This document shows positions 53,201-60,270 of a DNA stretch of 61,038 bases, in pieces. The notes beneath the pieces are model-generated. The model was not told where the DNA came from, searched no databases, and was given only the letters and a program-made list of their open reading frames with translations. The position numbers and the translations under genes were made by a program. Position 1 is the first letter of the stretch, and each line of letters begins with the position of its first letter. The DNA comes from a virus, in IMG/VR virus record IMGVR_UViG_3300045988_047031, positions 1 to 61,038 of that record, one strand, 5' to 3'.

Positions 53201-54350
53201 CGTTATCGTATTGGATATCGCGTCTATGCATCCACACAGCCTGATTGCCATGAATTACTTTGGCCCGTATACACCGAAGTTTGCGGCCCTGGTTAAATGT
53301 CGTATGGCGATTAAGCACGGTAAGATTGATGAAGCATCTCATGCCTTTGATGAGGTAGACCCTGAACTAGCAGATAAACTCCGTCCATATTTGGAAGGTG
53401 GTTCTGTCAAAGGTTTGGCTCATGCGCTTAAGATTATCATAAATATTGTATATGGTATGACTTCCGCACCATGGCCTAATAAATTTAAAGACCCTCGTAA
53501 TGTCGATAACTGTATCGCAAAACGTGGAGCTTTATTTATGATTATGCTGAAGAAGGAAGTTCAAGAACGCGGCTATCAAGTAGCACATATTAAGACGGAC
53601 TCAATTAAGATTATCAACGGCGATCAATCTATTATTGACTACTGTATGAAACGTGCGAATGATTTCAAATACGAGTTCGAACACGAGCATACATATTCCC
53701 GTATGGCCTTACTCAACCGCGCTACCGTTATTGCCGAAATCGGTTGGCCTGAAAAAGAGAAAGGTAATTGGGAAGCGATTGGTGCTCAATTCGGTAAGAA
53801 GACCAATCCGTATGTTTACAAGACTCTGTTAAGTCAAGAAGAAGTAAACGAGAAAGATTTCTTTATTACTAAGGAAGTTAAGACCGCTATTTATCTTGAC
53901 GACCAATATGTTGGTAAGAACGCTCAAATCTACGCTTCTCTCACAGGTCGTGAAATCTCTAGAACTCAACCCAGCAATGTAGCTCAGATGATTCAATCGA
54001 GATGGATTAAACCGAACTATATGCTTAAACGCGAGTCTGCAGGTCTAGACGCATTCCAACTTGAAGAAGCTAAGAAACATAAGATTGCCAATGAACTAGG
54101 CATCGATATCTATGAAGTTAAACAAATTATCGATAACGGGTTCCCTGATACTATTGTCGACAAGAATGTATCTGTAACAGGTACTTCTGGGTATAAGTGG
54201 GAACTAGCTACTCGATATAAAGGCTTCGAAGATATTGATATGACATATTACCATACTCTAGTTAAGGACGCTGTTAAAGACGTCTATGCTGTTGGTGATG
54301 GTGATATTATTTTCGGCGGAACTAAATTTGCCAAATATGCAAAGGAGTAA
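50232..54350 (+). CDS. fusion replicase: SF3 helicase/NTPase - AEP primase-polymerase - family B DNA polymerase
   Basis: Walker A GPAGTGKGT (nt 50805-), Walker B LLIDSD, motif C ITASN. AEP DxD IIIDFDAK plus SGGGVHLHY. PolB ExoI FFDSE, ExoII NLGYD, ExoIII YMLND, motif A LDIASMHPHS, motif B KIIINIVYG, motif C IKTDS. AGAGGAG RBS before ATG 50232. Confidence 0.8.
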   Translation: MTDRKPDFFNITVEELSGPNRKADAVISADFTYLDNQGGDVKDIVVKGGSFYAMWTGENWSMEKNDVVRVVDQYISHKFHELKAQGYERVSVKFMQNAGSGLMRNFVKYCEDAPESMQVFNSKILFQNHNVVREDYSTFQLPYTPTPQPTPAFDELSSVLYAPDQLDKILWCLGALFTGEIVNIEKFLFLYGPAGTGKGTIIKIIEMLLGQYIGGIDLKQLTSGSEYATGTLQELPLLIDSDTDLSRIKNDTPLLKVTSHEEVFVRKLYQRPYPVTFKGLIITASNQRAQFRDSDSGIVRRLLKAVPTGHLIAGPRYKELMNNIQFELAGIAQKSIDVFSRLGAFHYANDVDIEMLEYGDSIFEFVRENVLMMKDDPTLSEVELLYKAMLEDRGWETNGYKNRLRLGLQRFFETYTKDTKDSEGNRKRDWYRGFKYEEAFPETKAKPVSEDKPKIDLTMGRETSRFDIEGRDWPAQYTNKDGNPLKKWDSVTTTLKDIDPTQLHFVRVPTEHIIIDFDAKNENGEKDLAKNLELASGYPPTYTEVSKSGGGVHLHYWYDGDPTKLATRISDDIEIKVFNGGASLRRKLISANDLPVAHISSGLPLKEEKKSMYKDVEHIMWTEKKLLDFIDACLRKEHHGATAPEVSFIAKVLDDAYEAGVIYDLRHKQQEVLRFALKSTNQAQQCLKMVSEMHFHRVPDDENESYSEGLILPDEDIVFFDSEVFCNLYMLGWKKYGLDVPESIYKGLEDCTTLTEIETILVNEWWATHEKEIGIEINPTPKRVCHLFDTYPMVGFNNLGYDNHIAYGRMQGDDEMECYKRSQGIIEKRDKRAKIWAANDISYADIYEFLDTKMSLKKWQIKLGLRHDEFEYDWTKPLPEHAWGRCAAYMLNDVTSEEELFKSKDGQDAWAARKVLAEINGLSPNVKTQTQAEKFLFGDDPNPQDKFNWYDLSKEFPGYTFDKFKKKSEYLGEDPSEGGYVHAEPGVYKNVIVLDIASMHPHSLIAMNYFGPYTPKFAALVKCRMAIKHGKIDEASHAFDEVDPELADKLRPYLEGGSVKGLAHALKIIINIVYGMTSAPWPNKFKDPRNVDNCIAKRGALFMIMLKKEVQERGYQVAHIKTDSIKIINGDQSIIDYCMKRANDFKYEFEHEHTYSRMALLNRATVIAEIGWPEKEKGNWEAIGAQFGKKTNPYVYKTLLSQEEVNEKDFFITKEVKTAIYLDDQYVGKNAQIYASLTGREISRTQPSNVAQMIQSRWIKPNYMLKRESAGLDAFQLEEAKKHKIANELGIDIYEVKQIIDNGFPDTIVDKNVSVTGTSGYKWELATRYKGFEDIDMTYYHTLVKDAVKDVYAVGDGDIIFGGTKFAKYAKE

Positions 54351-54352
54351 AG

Positions 54353-54703
54353 ATGTTTAAGAAACTATTTTCATGGTTTTCTAAAAAAGAAGTAGATGAC
54401 GATCCTCGCCCAATGGGGTTTGTCGCTACTGTAAATGGTTATAAGGATAAGGAGTTGTTTGAACCTAAAACCGATATCCTTATTATCCCTGAAGACCAGG
54501 AGACTGTTGTTGGTAGTATTCCGAATAGTAAAGTGAATATTCGCATCACACTACTTGACAATAATATTATCTACTACAATCCTCCTGGTGAACCTAATAT
54601 TCTACTAATGCCTTTCTATGACCGCGAGGAACTTAAGAATATTCTAGTTACCATGCGTGAACAAGGCATCCGTGGTGTCTTAGGTTGGAATATGCCGGTT
54701 TAG
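54353..54703 (+). CDS. hypothetical protein (116 aa)
   Basis: AAAGGAG RBS. Confidence 0.7.
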   Translation: MFKKLFSWFSKKEVDDDPRPMGFVATVNGYKDKELFEPKTDILIIPEDQETVVGSIPNSKVNIRITLLDNNIIYYNPPGEPNILLMPFYDREELKNILVTMREQGIRGVLGWNMPV

Positions 54704-54716
54704 GAGGGGCTGGGAG

Positions 54717-55274
54717 ATGTTGTATTTAATAGACTCTACTGTACAAAGTTCAAATCGTGTCATGTTTAAGGCGGTTGATTTTTTTGAGCGATATGGCGTT
54801 GAATATAAGATACTATCCACCTATAAGAAAACTCGAATGGGTGGTGGTGAATACACACCTAAACTTCCTCGTGAGCTGGCGGCTAAGATTGTGCGATATT
54901 TCGATTATAACATTAAGGGTATCTGCAAGCTACCAAACTCCTCATATGTTCGAGCCATGCATAAGATATCGCCTCAAGCTAAACGGGATTTGAAGTCTGG
55001 ACGTATTTACGATATGACCTGCTCACAGTTTATTGACTGGATTGCAGAGAATCCATGTATGTTAAAAATCACTGTTCTATATGATGATAAACGAGATATT
55101 ATCATATCGCATTTCAAAGAAGAGGACTTGCGCGTGTTTGTCCCTAAGGAATATCGTTCGGTTAGACGTAACCAAATACAATATACTGTCCTTAGTGAAC
55201 TCGGTCTGGCTTCACCTCTAGAAGAAGACCAACCTGGCGTAAAGACGCGCAAAAAATTACCGTCCTCTATATAG
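54717..55274 (+). CDS. Spx/ArsC-family-like protein lacking the CXXC motif
   Basis: N terminus MLYLIDSTVQSSNR..AVDFFERYGVEY versus Spx [27 protein letters not shown]. C terminus WIAENPCMLKITVLYDDKRDIIISHFKEEDLRVFVPKEYRS versus Spx [39 protein letters not shown]. Confidence 0.6.
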   Translation: MLYLIDSTVQSSNRVMFKAVDFFERYGVEYKILSTYKKTRMGGGEYTPKLPRELAAKIVRYFDYNIKGICKLPNSSYVRAMHKISPQAKRDLKSGRIYDMTCSQFIDWIAENPCMLKITVLYDDKRDIIISHFKEEDLRVFVPKEYRSVRRNQIQYTVLSELGLASPLEEDQPGVKTRKKLPSSI

Positions 55275-55283
55275 AAAGAGAGG
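55256..55283 (+). promoter_or_regulatory. phage promoter-like element, copy j (attaccgtcctctatatagaaagagagg)
   Basis: overlaps the 3' end and stop codon of the Spx-like gene; ATG 55292 is 8 nt downstream. Confidence 0.55.
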
Positions 55284-55291
55284 TATTAATT

Positions 55292-55438
55292 ATGGACAAA
55301 TTATCAAAAGGTTTTTCTGTTGCTATCTTGGGGGCATACGCTGTTATTGGCGTAACGCTTGCTTATGATATCTATGACAGAAGCGAATTGAAAGATAAGG
55401 TCGATGATTTTATCAAAAAGCTAAAGAAGGCTGAGTAA
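55292..55438 (+). CDS. micro-ORF, 48-aa TM peptide
   Basis: MDKLSKGFSVAILGAYAVIGVTLAYDIYDRSELKDKVDDFIKKLKKAE; consensus promoter/RBS; its 3' end plus terminator are duplicated at 60598-60636. Confidence 0.6.
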   Translation: MDKLSKGFSVAILGAYAVIGVTLAYDIYDRSELKDKVDDFIKKLKKAE

Positions 55439-55462
55439 ATTACTCGGCTTTTCTTTTTTTTT
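55430..55462 (+). terminator. intrinsic terminator (duplicated module)
   Basis: gctgagta-aat-tactcggc plus ttttcttttttttt. Confidence 0.7.
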
Positions 55463-55464
55463 GT

Positions 55465-55905
55465 TTGGTTTATGTCGCAAGTGGAAACGACCGATATAAA
55501 CGAGACTTATGGAGGTATGAAACGAAACTAATTGATGAAAAGGAACTCAAAGAACGTTCGCTCTACAAACGAATCGTCAAATTCGAAGAAGATAAACTAT
55601 ATCTAGATGATGGAACTATTGTTTCTGTCGAAGAGACGGATTCTGACTGTTGCGCTTGTGCTTTTGGTGAATTCAAAAATGTTAAACTTGAAGCCCTTAT
55701 TACCGATGTTAAGGTCGGTGAATATAAGGATAATGGCGAGGATGCGGATGAAGAGTACTCGAACGAGAATACGGTAACTATCTACAGTAACCAAAACCCT
55801 GTCGCTCAGGCCGAATGTTACGCCGATGCCGGTAATGGCGGATTTTATTTCAGCATCTGCTCGCTTGTAATTGGGGATGCTTACTTCCCTGTTGTCGAAG
55901 CCTAA
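55465..55905 (+). CDS. hypothetical Cys-containing protein (146 aa; start uncertain)
   Basis: ORF with TTG start and no clear RBS; SDCCACAFGEF ... ECYADAGNGGFYF. Confidence 0.5.
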   Translation: MVYVASGNDRYKRDLWRYETKLIDEKELKERSLYKRIVKFEEDKLYLDDGTIVSVEETDSDCCACAFGEFKNVKLEALITDVKVGEYKDNGEDADEEYSNENTVTIYSNQNPVAQAECYADAGNGGFYFSICSLVIGDAYFPVVEA

Positions 55906-55934
55906 TTTACATTGAAAACTAAAGGAGAATTAAA

Positions 55935-57365
55935 ATGAAAAAACAAACTACACTTAAAATTGCTGCCATGGGTATCGCTCTCTTTGGTTCTGCTGTTGTT
56001 ACGGAGTCTGCATTTGCTGATGTGACAAAAGCCGAAGGGTCTACCGAACTTATTGCTACCGATCCTGCGGTGACTATCAGTAAAAATGAAGAGGACTCCA
56101 TTTGGTCGGATGTCAACGTAAACATCAAGACCGATATTCCTGATGAAGTTCCTATTAACGAAGGCGATAAGATGACTTTCAATATCCCAGAGGAGCTTAA
56201 TCTCGAAACCAGCTACGATTTCCCTGTATATAATGAAACAGGAGAAACTGAAGTTGGTACTGCTGATGTCAAGGCTAATGAACGTACTGTAACTACAACG
56301 TTCAATAATTATTTTACCGAGCATCCGCTGGATAAATCTATCAGCTTGAATTTTACCACTAAGATCAACCGTGAAGTTATGCAGGAAAACACCAAGCGTA
56401 ATGTTTCATTCAATGGTACTATTGTGGAAATCAACGCAGGTTCTAAAGGTACAATCAACCCTAATGAGGAATTGTACAAATACGGTTACCAAGACCGTGA
56501 CGATAAAGATCTTATCCACTGGGTTGCTCGTTTGAATTACAAGCGCCAAACAATGGAAGATGTAAACATCTCTGATACATGGTCTGATGATCAAGACTAT
56601 GTTGAGGGTAGCCTTATTTACAGCTACGTTAAAGATGTGGATCCATGGGTATATGACTCACCTGCTACTCAAGCTCGGGCGAATACTAAATTCAACAAGA
56701 ACGGTTTTACCACACACATCGATAAGATTGAAAACAAAATCTTGATGGTTGAGTATAAGACACGCTTGCGTACACCAGTTCTTTATAACCCAACTAACTT
56801 ATTCACAGCTAGCTGGAACGGAGGGTTTGTATCACACGAAGCTGAAACTAAACTTTATGATGGTAATGGTAAAGCAACTGGTAAATCCCGTCCAAAATGG
56901 GACAAACCAAATGATGCGCCTAAGTATGAGCTTCCTGAGTTTGAAGGAGGCGTTGTTCCTAACGATCCTCCAGTTTACAAAAACCCATCTATTGACTTAG
57001 CCGATATCCCATTGATGCCACCAGCGCCTACATTGGATTTGCCAGAATGGAAAGGCGGAACTGTACCATTTGACGCTCCTAAACACGACAAACCAGAATT
57101 CAACGGTGGTGTTATTCCTAATGATGCACCTATCGTAGACCTTCCAGAGTTGGTTATTCCTGAAATGCCAGCTCCTAAGGAAGATAAACCTAAAGTTGAA
57201 ATCAAAGAAAAACCAGTTAAACCAGCTAAGCAACAACCTCTTGGCCGACCTACCTTACCAGCAACAGGTAGTGATGAAACTACATATCTTGCCATTGGCG
57301 GTGTTGTAATTGGTGTACTCGCATTGGGCATGGCTGGAATGAAAAAGAAAGATGAGGAAAAATAA
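55935..57365 (+). CDS. LPXTG-anchored surface adhesin (collagen-binding/MSCRAMM-like A domain plus proline-rich repeats)
   Basis: signal peptide MKKQTTLKIAAMGIALFGSAVVTESAFA; GDKMTFNIPEELNLETSYDFPVYN...VTTTFNNYF resembles the Collagen_bind domain core; three PE(F/W)xGG(V/T)(V/I)P(N/F)D(A/P)P repeats; LPATG plus TM plus KKKDEEK. Confidence 0.8.
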   Translation: MKKQTTLKIAAMGIALFGSAVVTESAFADVTKAEGSTELIATDPAVTISKNEEDSIWSDVNVNIKTDIPDEVPINEGDKMTFNIPEELNLETSYDFPVYNETGETEVGTADVKANERTVTTTFNNYFTEHPLDKSISLNFTTKINREVMQENTKRNVSFNGTIVEINAGSKGTINPNEELYKYGYQDRDDKDLIHWVARLNYKRQTMEDVNISDTWSDDQDYVEGSLIYSYVKDVDPWVYDSPATQARANTKFNKNGFTTHIDKIENKILMVEYKTRLRTPVLYNPTNLFTASWNGGFVSHEAETKLYDGNGKATGKSRPKWDKPNDAPKYELPEFEGGVVPNDPPVYKNPSIDLADIPLMPPAPTLDLPEWKGGTVPFDAPKHDKPEFNGGVIPNDAPIVDLPELVIPEMPAPKEDKPKVEIKEKPVKPAKQQPLGRPTLPATGSDETTYLAIGGVVIGVLALGMAGMKKKDEEK

Positions 57366-57619
57366 TGAAACGCGGAAAGAATAATAAAGCTGTTTTAATA
57401 AACCAAAGTATTAAATGCATGGAAGCTTATGCCGACAGAAGACAACCCGCTAATCCAATTGGTATCTTTTGGAGAAACAAAGCCGAAAAATTCAAATCGC
57501 TCAACCCATCAAAACTTAAAAAGGCATATCTAAAAGCGTTTATTAGGGCTGTAGTGGTAAGATTGCCTGAGGAGAATGTGTATTACATGGAGGAATTAAA
57601 TGAAAGTAAACCCAACTAA
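57365..57619 (+). CDS. basic hypothetical protein (84 aa)
   Basis: ATG overlaps the preceding stop (TAATG). Confidence 0.6.
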   Translation: MKRGKNNKAVLINQSIKCMEAYADRRQPANPIGIFWRNKAEKFKSLNPSKLKKAYLKAFIRAVVVRLPEENVYYMEELNESKPN

Positions 57620-58178
57620 TATGTTAAAGGCTCATGATGAGCTTCTCGCCATTTTTGAAAAGAAGAATTCCGACTACGGAAATTCGTTCGAAGAGTCCTT
57701 GGAAAAACACGGTCTGATCGCCGCTATCGTGCGTATGGAAGATAAGATGGGACGATTAAATAGTCTTACTAAAGCTGGGTCGAAGCAGAAAGTGTCTGAT
57801 GAATCTTTGGTTGACACGCTCAAAGACCTGTCTAACTATGCACTCATGACCGCGGTTTGGCTGGAAGAGGAAAAGGCGTTTCATGATAGACCAGCACAAC
57901 CACCCCTTAGCGAATGGGACGAACTAATTCCTAATGGCTCTAATCTCAAATCAATTATTGTAGATTTGATGAAGGACTTGCCTGATATATTTACGGTTAA
58001 ACATCTCACTCTTGATGACTGCGAGAAACCTAAATCTGTATTTTTTGTAGTAAAGGATGAAGACAAATTCCGTAAGTGGTCTATTTCTTATATTGATAAG
58101 CATCCTGGGTATGATGCTACGTATCGTTCGCTTAACGAAAAACTCACCCAAGTCCAAGTCTTCTCATACACGGAGTAG
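57600..58178 (+). CDS. DUF1599 / MazG-like all-alpha nucleotide-pyrophosphohydrolase-fold protein (tentative)
   Basis: LAIFEKKNSDYGNSFEES...IVRMEDKMGRL pattern; GGAGGA RBS. Confidence 0.45.
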   Translation: MKVNPTNMLKAHDELLAIFEKKNSDYGNSFEESLEKHGLIAAIVRMEDKMGRLNSLTKAGSKQKVSDESLVDTLKDLSNYALMTAVWLEEEKAFHDRPAQPPLSEWDELIPNGSNLKSIIVDLMKDLPDIFTVKHLTLDDCEKPKSVFFVVKDEDKFRKWSISYIDKHPGYDATYRSLNEKLTQVQVFSYTE

Positions 58179-58181
58179 CCT

Positions 58182-58487
58182 ATGCTTGAAAATGGTCTAG
58201 ATATTGTCCGGGCTTTATCTCAAGTCAGACCTCCTGGACGACCTCGCAAATATGTTAGCGATGAAGATATTATCCTATATAAAGAGGCAGGCTGGTCAAA
58301 TCGAACCATTGCGGTCTCTATGGGTATATCTCGCGCAACAATCAATCGCCGGGTGAACGACTTAATCGAGCAAGGTAAGATAAAGCCTGAGGACTACAAA
58401 TACAATTTCAATAACCCTAGTGCCGCTGCTCAACCTAGACGTACTGATAAGGAGCGATGGGAGTATTGGCATGGGCCTGGAGTATAA
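58182..58487 (+). CDS. helix-turn-helix DNA-binding protein (Hin/sigma region 4-like)
   Basis: PPGRPRKY ... AGWSNRTIAVSMGISRATINRRVNDL. Confidence 0.65.
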   Translation: MLENGLDIVRALSQVRPPGRPRKYVSDEDIILYKEAGWSNRTIAVSMGISRATINRRVNDLIEQGKIKPEDYKYNFNNPSAAAQPRRTDKERWEYWHGPGV

Positions 58488-58491
58488 AAAA

Positions 58492-58519
58492 AATACATGC
58501 CTCATAATAGAAAGAGAGG
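58492..58519 (+). promoter_or_regulatory. phage promoter-like element, copy k (aatacatgcctcataatagaaagagagg)
   Basis: same geometry; ATG 58529 is 9 nt downstream. Confidence 0.5.
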
Positions 58520-58528
58520 TAACTTAAT

Positions 58529-58750
58529 ATGGAAAATCTTAATCCTAATGATCTATTTTATCACGGCTGGATTCCTGCTAGAGATGAAGATGCCGATGTA
58601 GCATATGCTTGGTTTACAACTAAAGATGATGATACACAAACATTTATTGTCCCTATGACTAAGGATCAGGCACGTGATTTAAAGGAAACTTTTGGAGACC
58701 CGATTTTACCAGAAGAAGCTGGTATTTTTCTAAATAATGATGGAGAATAG
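58529..58750 (+). CDS. hypothetical protein (73 aa), paralogue of the N terminus of 60271-60612
   Basis: shared pattern Y..GW.P..D.D....A.F ... PM.K...D.K. Confidence 0.65.
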   Translation: MENLNPNDLFYHGWIPARDEDADVAYAWFTTKDDDTQTFIVPMTKDQARDLKETFGDPILPEEAGIFLNNDGE

Positions 58751-58775
58751 TTTATACTATTCTCTTCAATTTTTT
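58743..58775 (+). terminator. hairpin terminator
   Basis: 9-bp stem gagaatagt / actattctc, loop ttat, then ttcaattttt. Confidence 0.55.
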
Positions 58776-58800
58776 ACATATCTCTCTATAGAAAGAGAGG
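58773..58800 (+). promoter_or_regulatory. phage promoter-like element, copy l (tttacatatctctctatagaaagagagg)
   Basis: same geometry; ATG 58809 is 8 nt downstream. Confidence 0.6.
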
Positions 58801-58808
58801 TATACATT

Positions 58809-59180
58809 ATGATGAATTTTGAATACAAAGGAAAAATGATTAATGTGGAGGCTGCATCAATCTTCTATAAGATTGCTATGCTTACGAAATACGAAACTAT
58901 GGCTATTCTGAAAGACAAATATAAAGAGTCTTGGACAGAAAAGGCAGAGAGTCTGTTTCATCAAGAATACGATCATATGGAGGCATTTATTGAGCAACCA
59001 GATAAATCACAATTCCTGAAAGTCATTTATTATGGTGAAATGCTAAAAATGGAAATTGGAATGACCCCTGAGGAGGAACAGCATTTGGCTTCGTTTAGCG
59101 GTGAAATATATTCTAAACTCGGAGACGAGAAGCAGAATGTGCTTGCTGAACTAACAAGACAATTGATGGAAATCGACTAA
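58809..59180 (+). CDS. hypothetical protein (123 aa)
   Basis: ATG 58809 after GAGAGGTA; the ORF-track extension from 58737 translates the terminator/promoter. Confidence 0.7.
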   Translation: MMNFEYKGKMINVEAASIFYKIAMLTKYETMAILKDKYKESWTEKAESLFHQEYDHMEAFIEQPDKSQFLKVIYYGEMLKMEIGMTPEEEQHLASFSGEIYSKLGDEKQNVLAELTRQLMEID

Positions 59181-59207
59181 GAGGATACATGCCTCTTTCT
59201 TTTTTTT
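59179..59207 (+). terminator. intrinsic terminator
   Basis: aagagg-atacatg-cctctt plus tcttttttt. Confidence 0.6.
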
Positions 59208-59236
59208 AACTTTTATATTATACTAGGAGGTGTATA

Positions 59237-59455
59237 ATGGAACTACGAGATATCGTGGAAGGGTTATTTATATTATATCCCGGTATTGATGATGTTACTC
59301 GTGTAAACTATACCGGAAATTCCGCTGCATTCTATACTAGTCATATCGACGCGGTTAAAGAATATTTCAATCATGTTGAGGGTATTATCTTCAAGACAAT
59401 TAAACTTCCACATAAGGAGAAGTGGGATATCTACGTATGGAAGGAGGTCAAGTAA
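59237..59455 (+). CDS. hypothetical protein (72 aa)
   Basis: TAGGAGG RBS. Confidence 0.7.
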   Translation: MELRDIVEGLFILYPGIDDVTRVNYTGNSAAFYTSHIDAVKEYFNHVEGIIFKTIKLPHKEKWDIYVWKEVK

Positions 59456-59940
59456 TGGAGCTATTTGTTAGTGATGATATGAAAGAAAAACATTATGGTC
59501 TATTTGATTTAATCAAAGAACGCCCCTATGTCTTGCACGGTATTCTTAAAACGACTTCCACTATGTGTGGAGAACTTCCTAGCCAAGCTACAGAAGAAAG
59601 TTTGGATCATGAAATAAACACTCTCGATTACAACCTTAGACGTATCTTTGGTAGAATAGAGGTATATCTTTTCCCAGCATATCCTACTGTTGAGTCTTTA
59701 ATAACTTCGGAACATAAGGGTTCTACGCTTATCGGCCAACATATTAAGGTTACACAGGCTGTTATGCAGGTATATAAGGAGTCTAAGAATTTATGCTGGT
59801 ATATATCAGACCGGCCGCTGGAAGATAATACCCTACGTCGAATTACCATTGATAATAAAGGCTCGGGGTATTTCACATACTTCGGCCCTGATGCACCTAA
59901 TGGTTCAGACTACTATATTGACCAATTCAAGGAGTGGTGA
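59455..59940 (+). CDS. hypothetical protein (161 aa)
   Basis: AAGGAGG RBS; TAATG overlap; the ORF-track start 59422 lies inside the previous gene. Confidence 0.7.
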   Translation: MELFVSDDMKEKHYGLFDLIKERPYVLHGILKTTSTMCGELPSQATEESLDHEINTLDYNLRRIFGRIEVYLFPAYPTVESLITSEHKGSTLIGQHIKVTQAVMQVYKESKNLCWYISDRPLEDNTLRRITIDNKGSGYFTYFGPDAPNGSDYYIDQFKEW

Positions 59941-59941
59941 T

Positions 59942-60232
59942 ATGGATGAATTTCAATTAACGGATTTTCCTAAATTATATTCAACTAATAAGAAAGAAGT
60001 TGAACGATTCACTGATCAGGTCTACAATTATGCTAAATACTACAGCTATATTACTGTTCGAGACTTCGTTCGTCTTTGGTTTAATCTAAAGGAGAACCAG
60101 TCTAATAGCTACGTCCAGTCAGCTTCAGTTCAATGGTGTGTTGAATACAAGGATTTACCTAAGCGCCGTGACATTAAAAAGGACAAGACCAAAGGCTGGT
60201 ATTTGGAAATGCCGGCTGCATATATGTTCTAA
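59942..60232 (+). CDS. hypothetical protein (96 aa)
   Basis: AAGGAGTGG RBS before ATG 59942. Confidence 0.7.
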   Translation: MDEFQLTDFPKLYSTNKKEVERFTDQVYNYAKYYSYITVRDFVRLWFNLKENQSNSYVQSASVQWCVEYKDLPKRRDIKKDKTKGWYLEMPAAYMF

Positions 60233-60234
60233 TA

Positions 60235-60262
60235 TTTACACGTGTCTATATAGAAAGAGAGG
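60235..60262 (+). promoter_or_regulatory. phage promoter-like element, copy m (tttacacgtgtctatatagaaagagagg)
   Basis: consensus copy; ATG 60271 is 8 nt downstream. Confidence 0.6.
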
Positions 60263-60270
60263 TAAATATC

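Noticed and set aside
40994-60262. CRISPR-like array, suggested by regularly recurring ~28-nt repeats
   Set aside because: The intervals between repeats are 200-10,000 nt and contain genes with RBSs. The repeats are not identical and carry promoter/RBS features. No cas genes are present.
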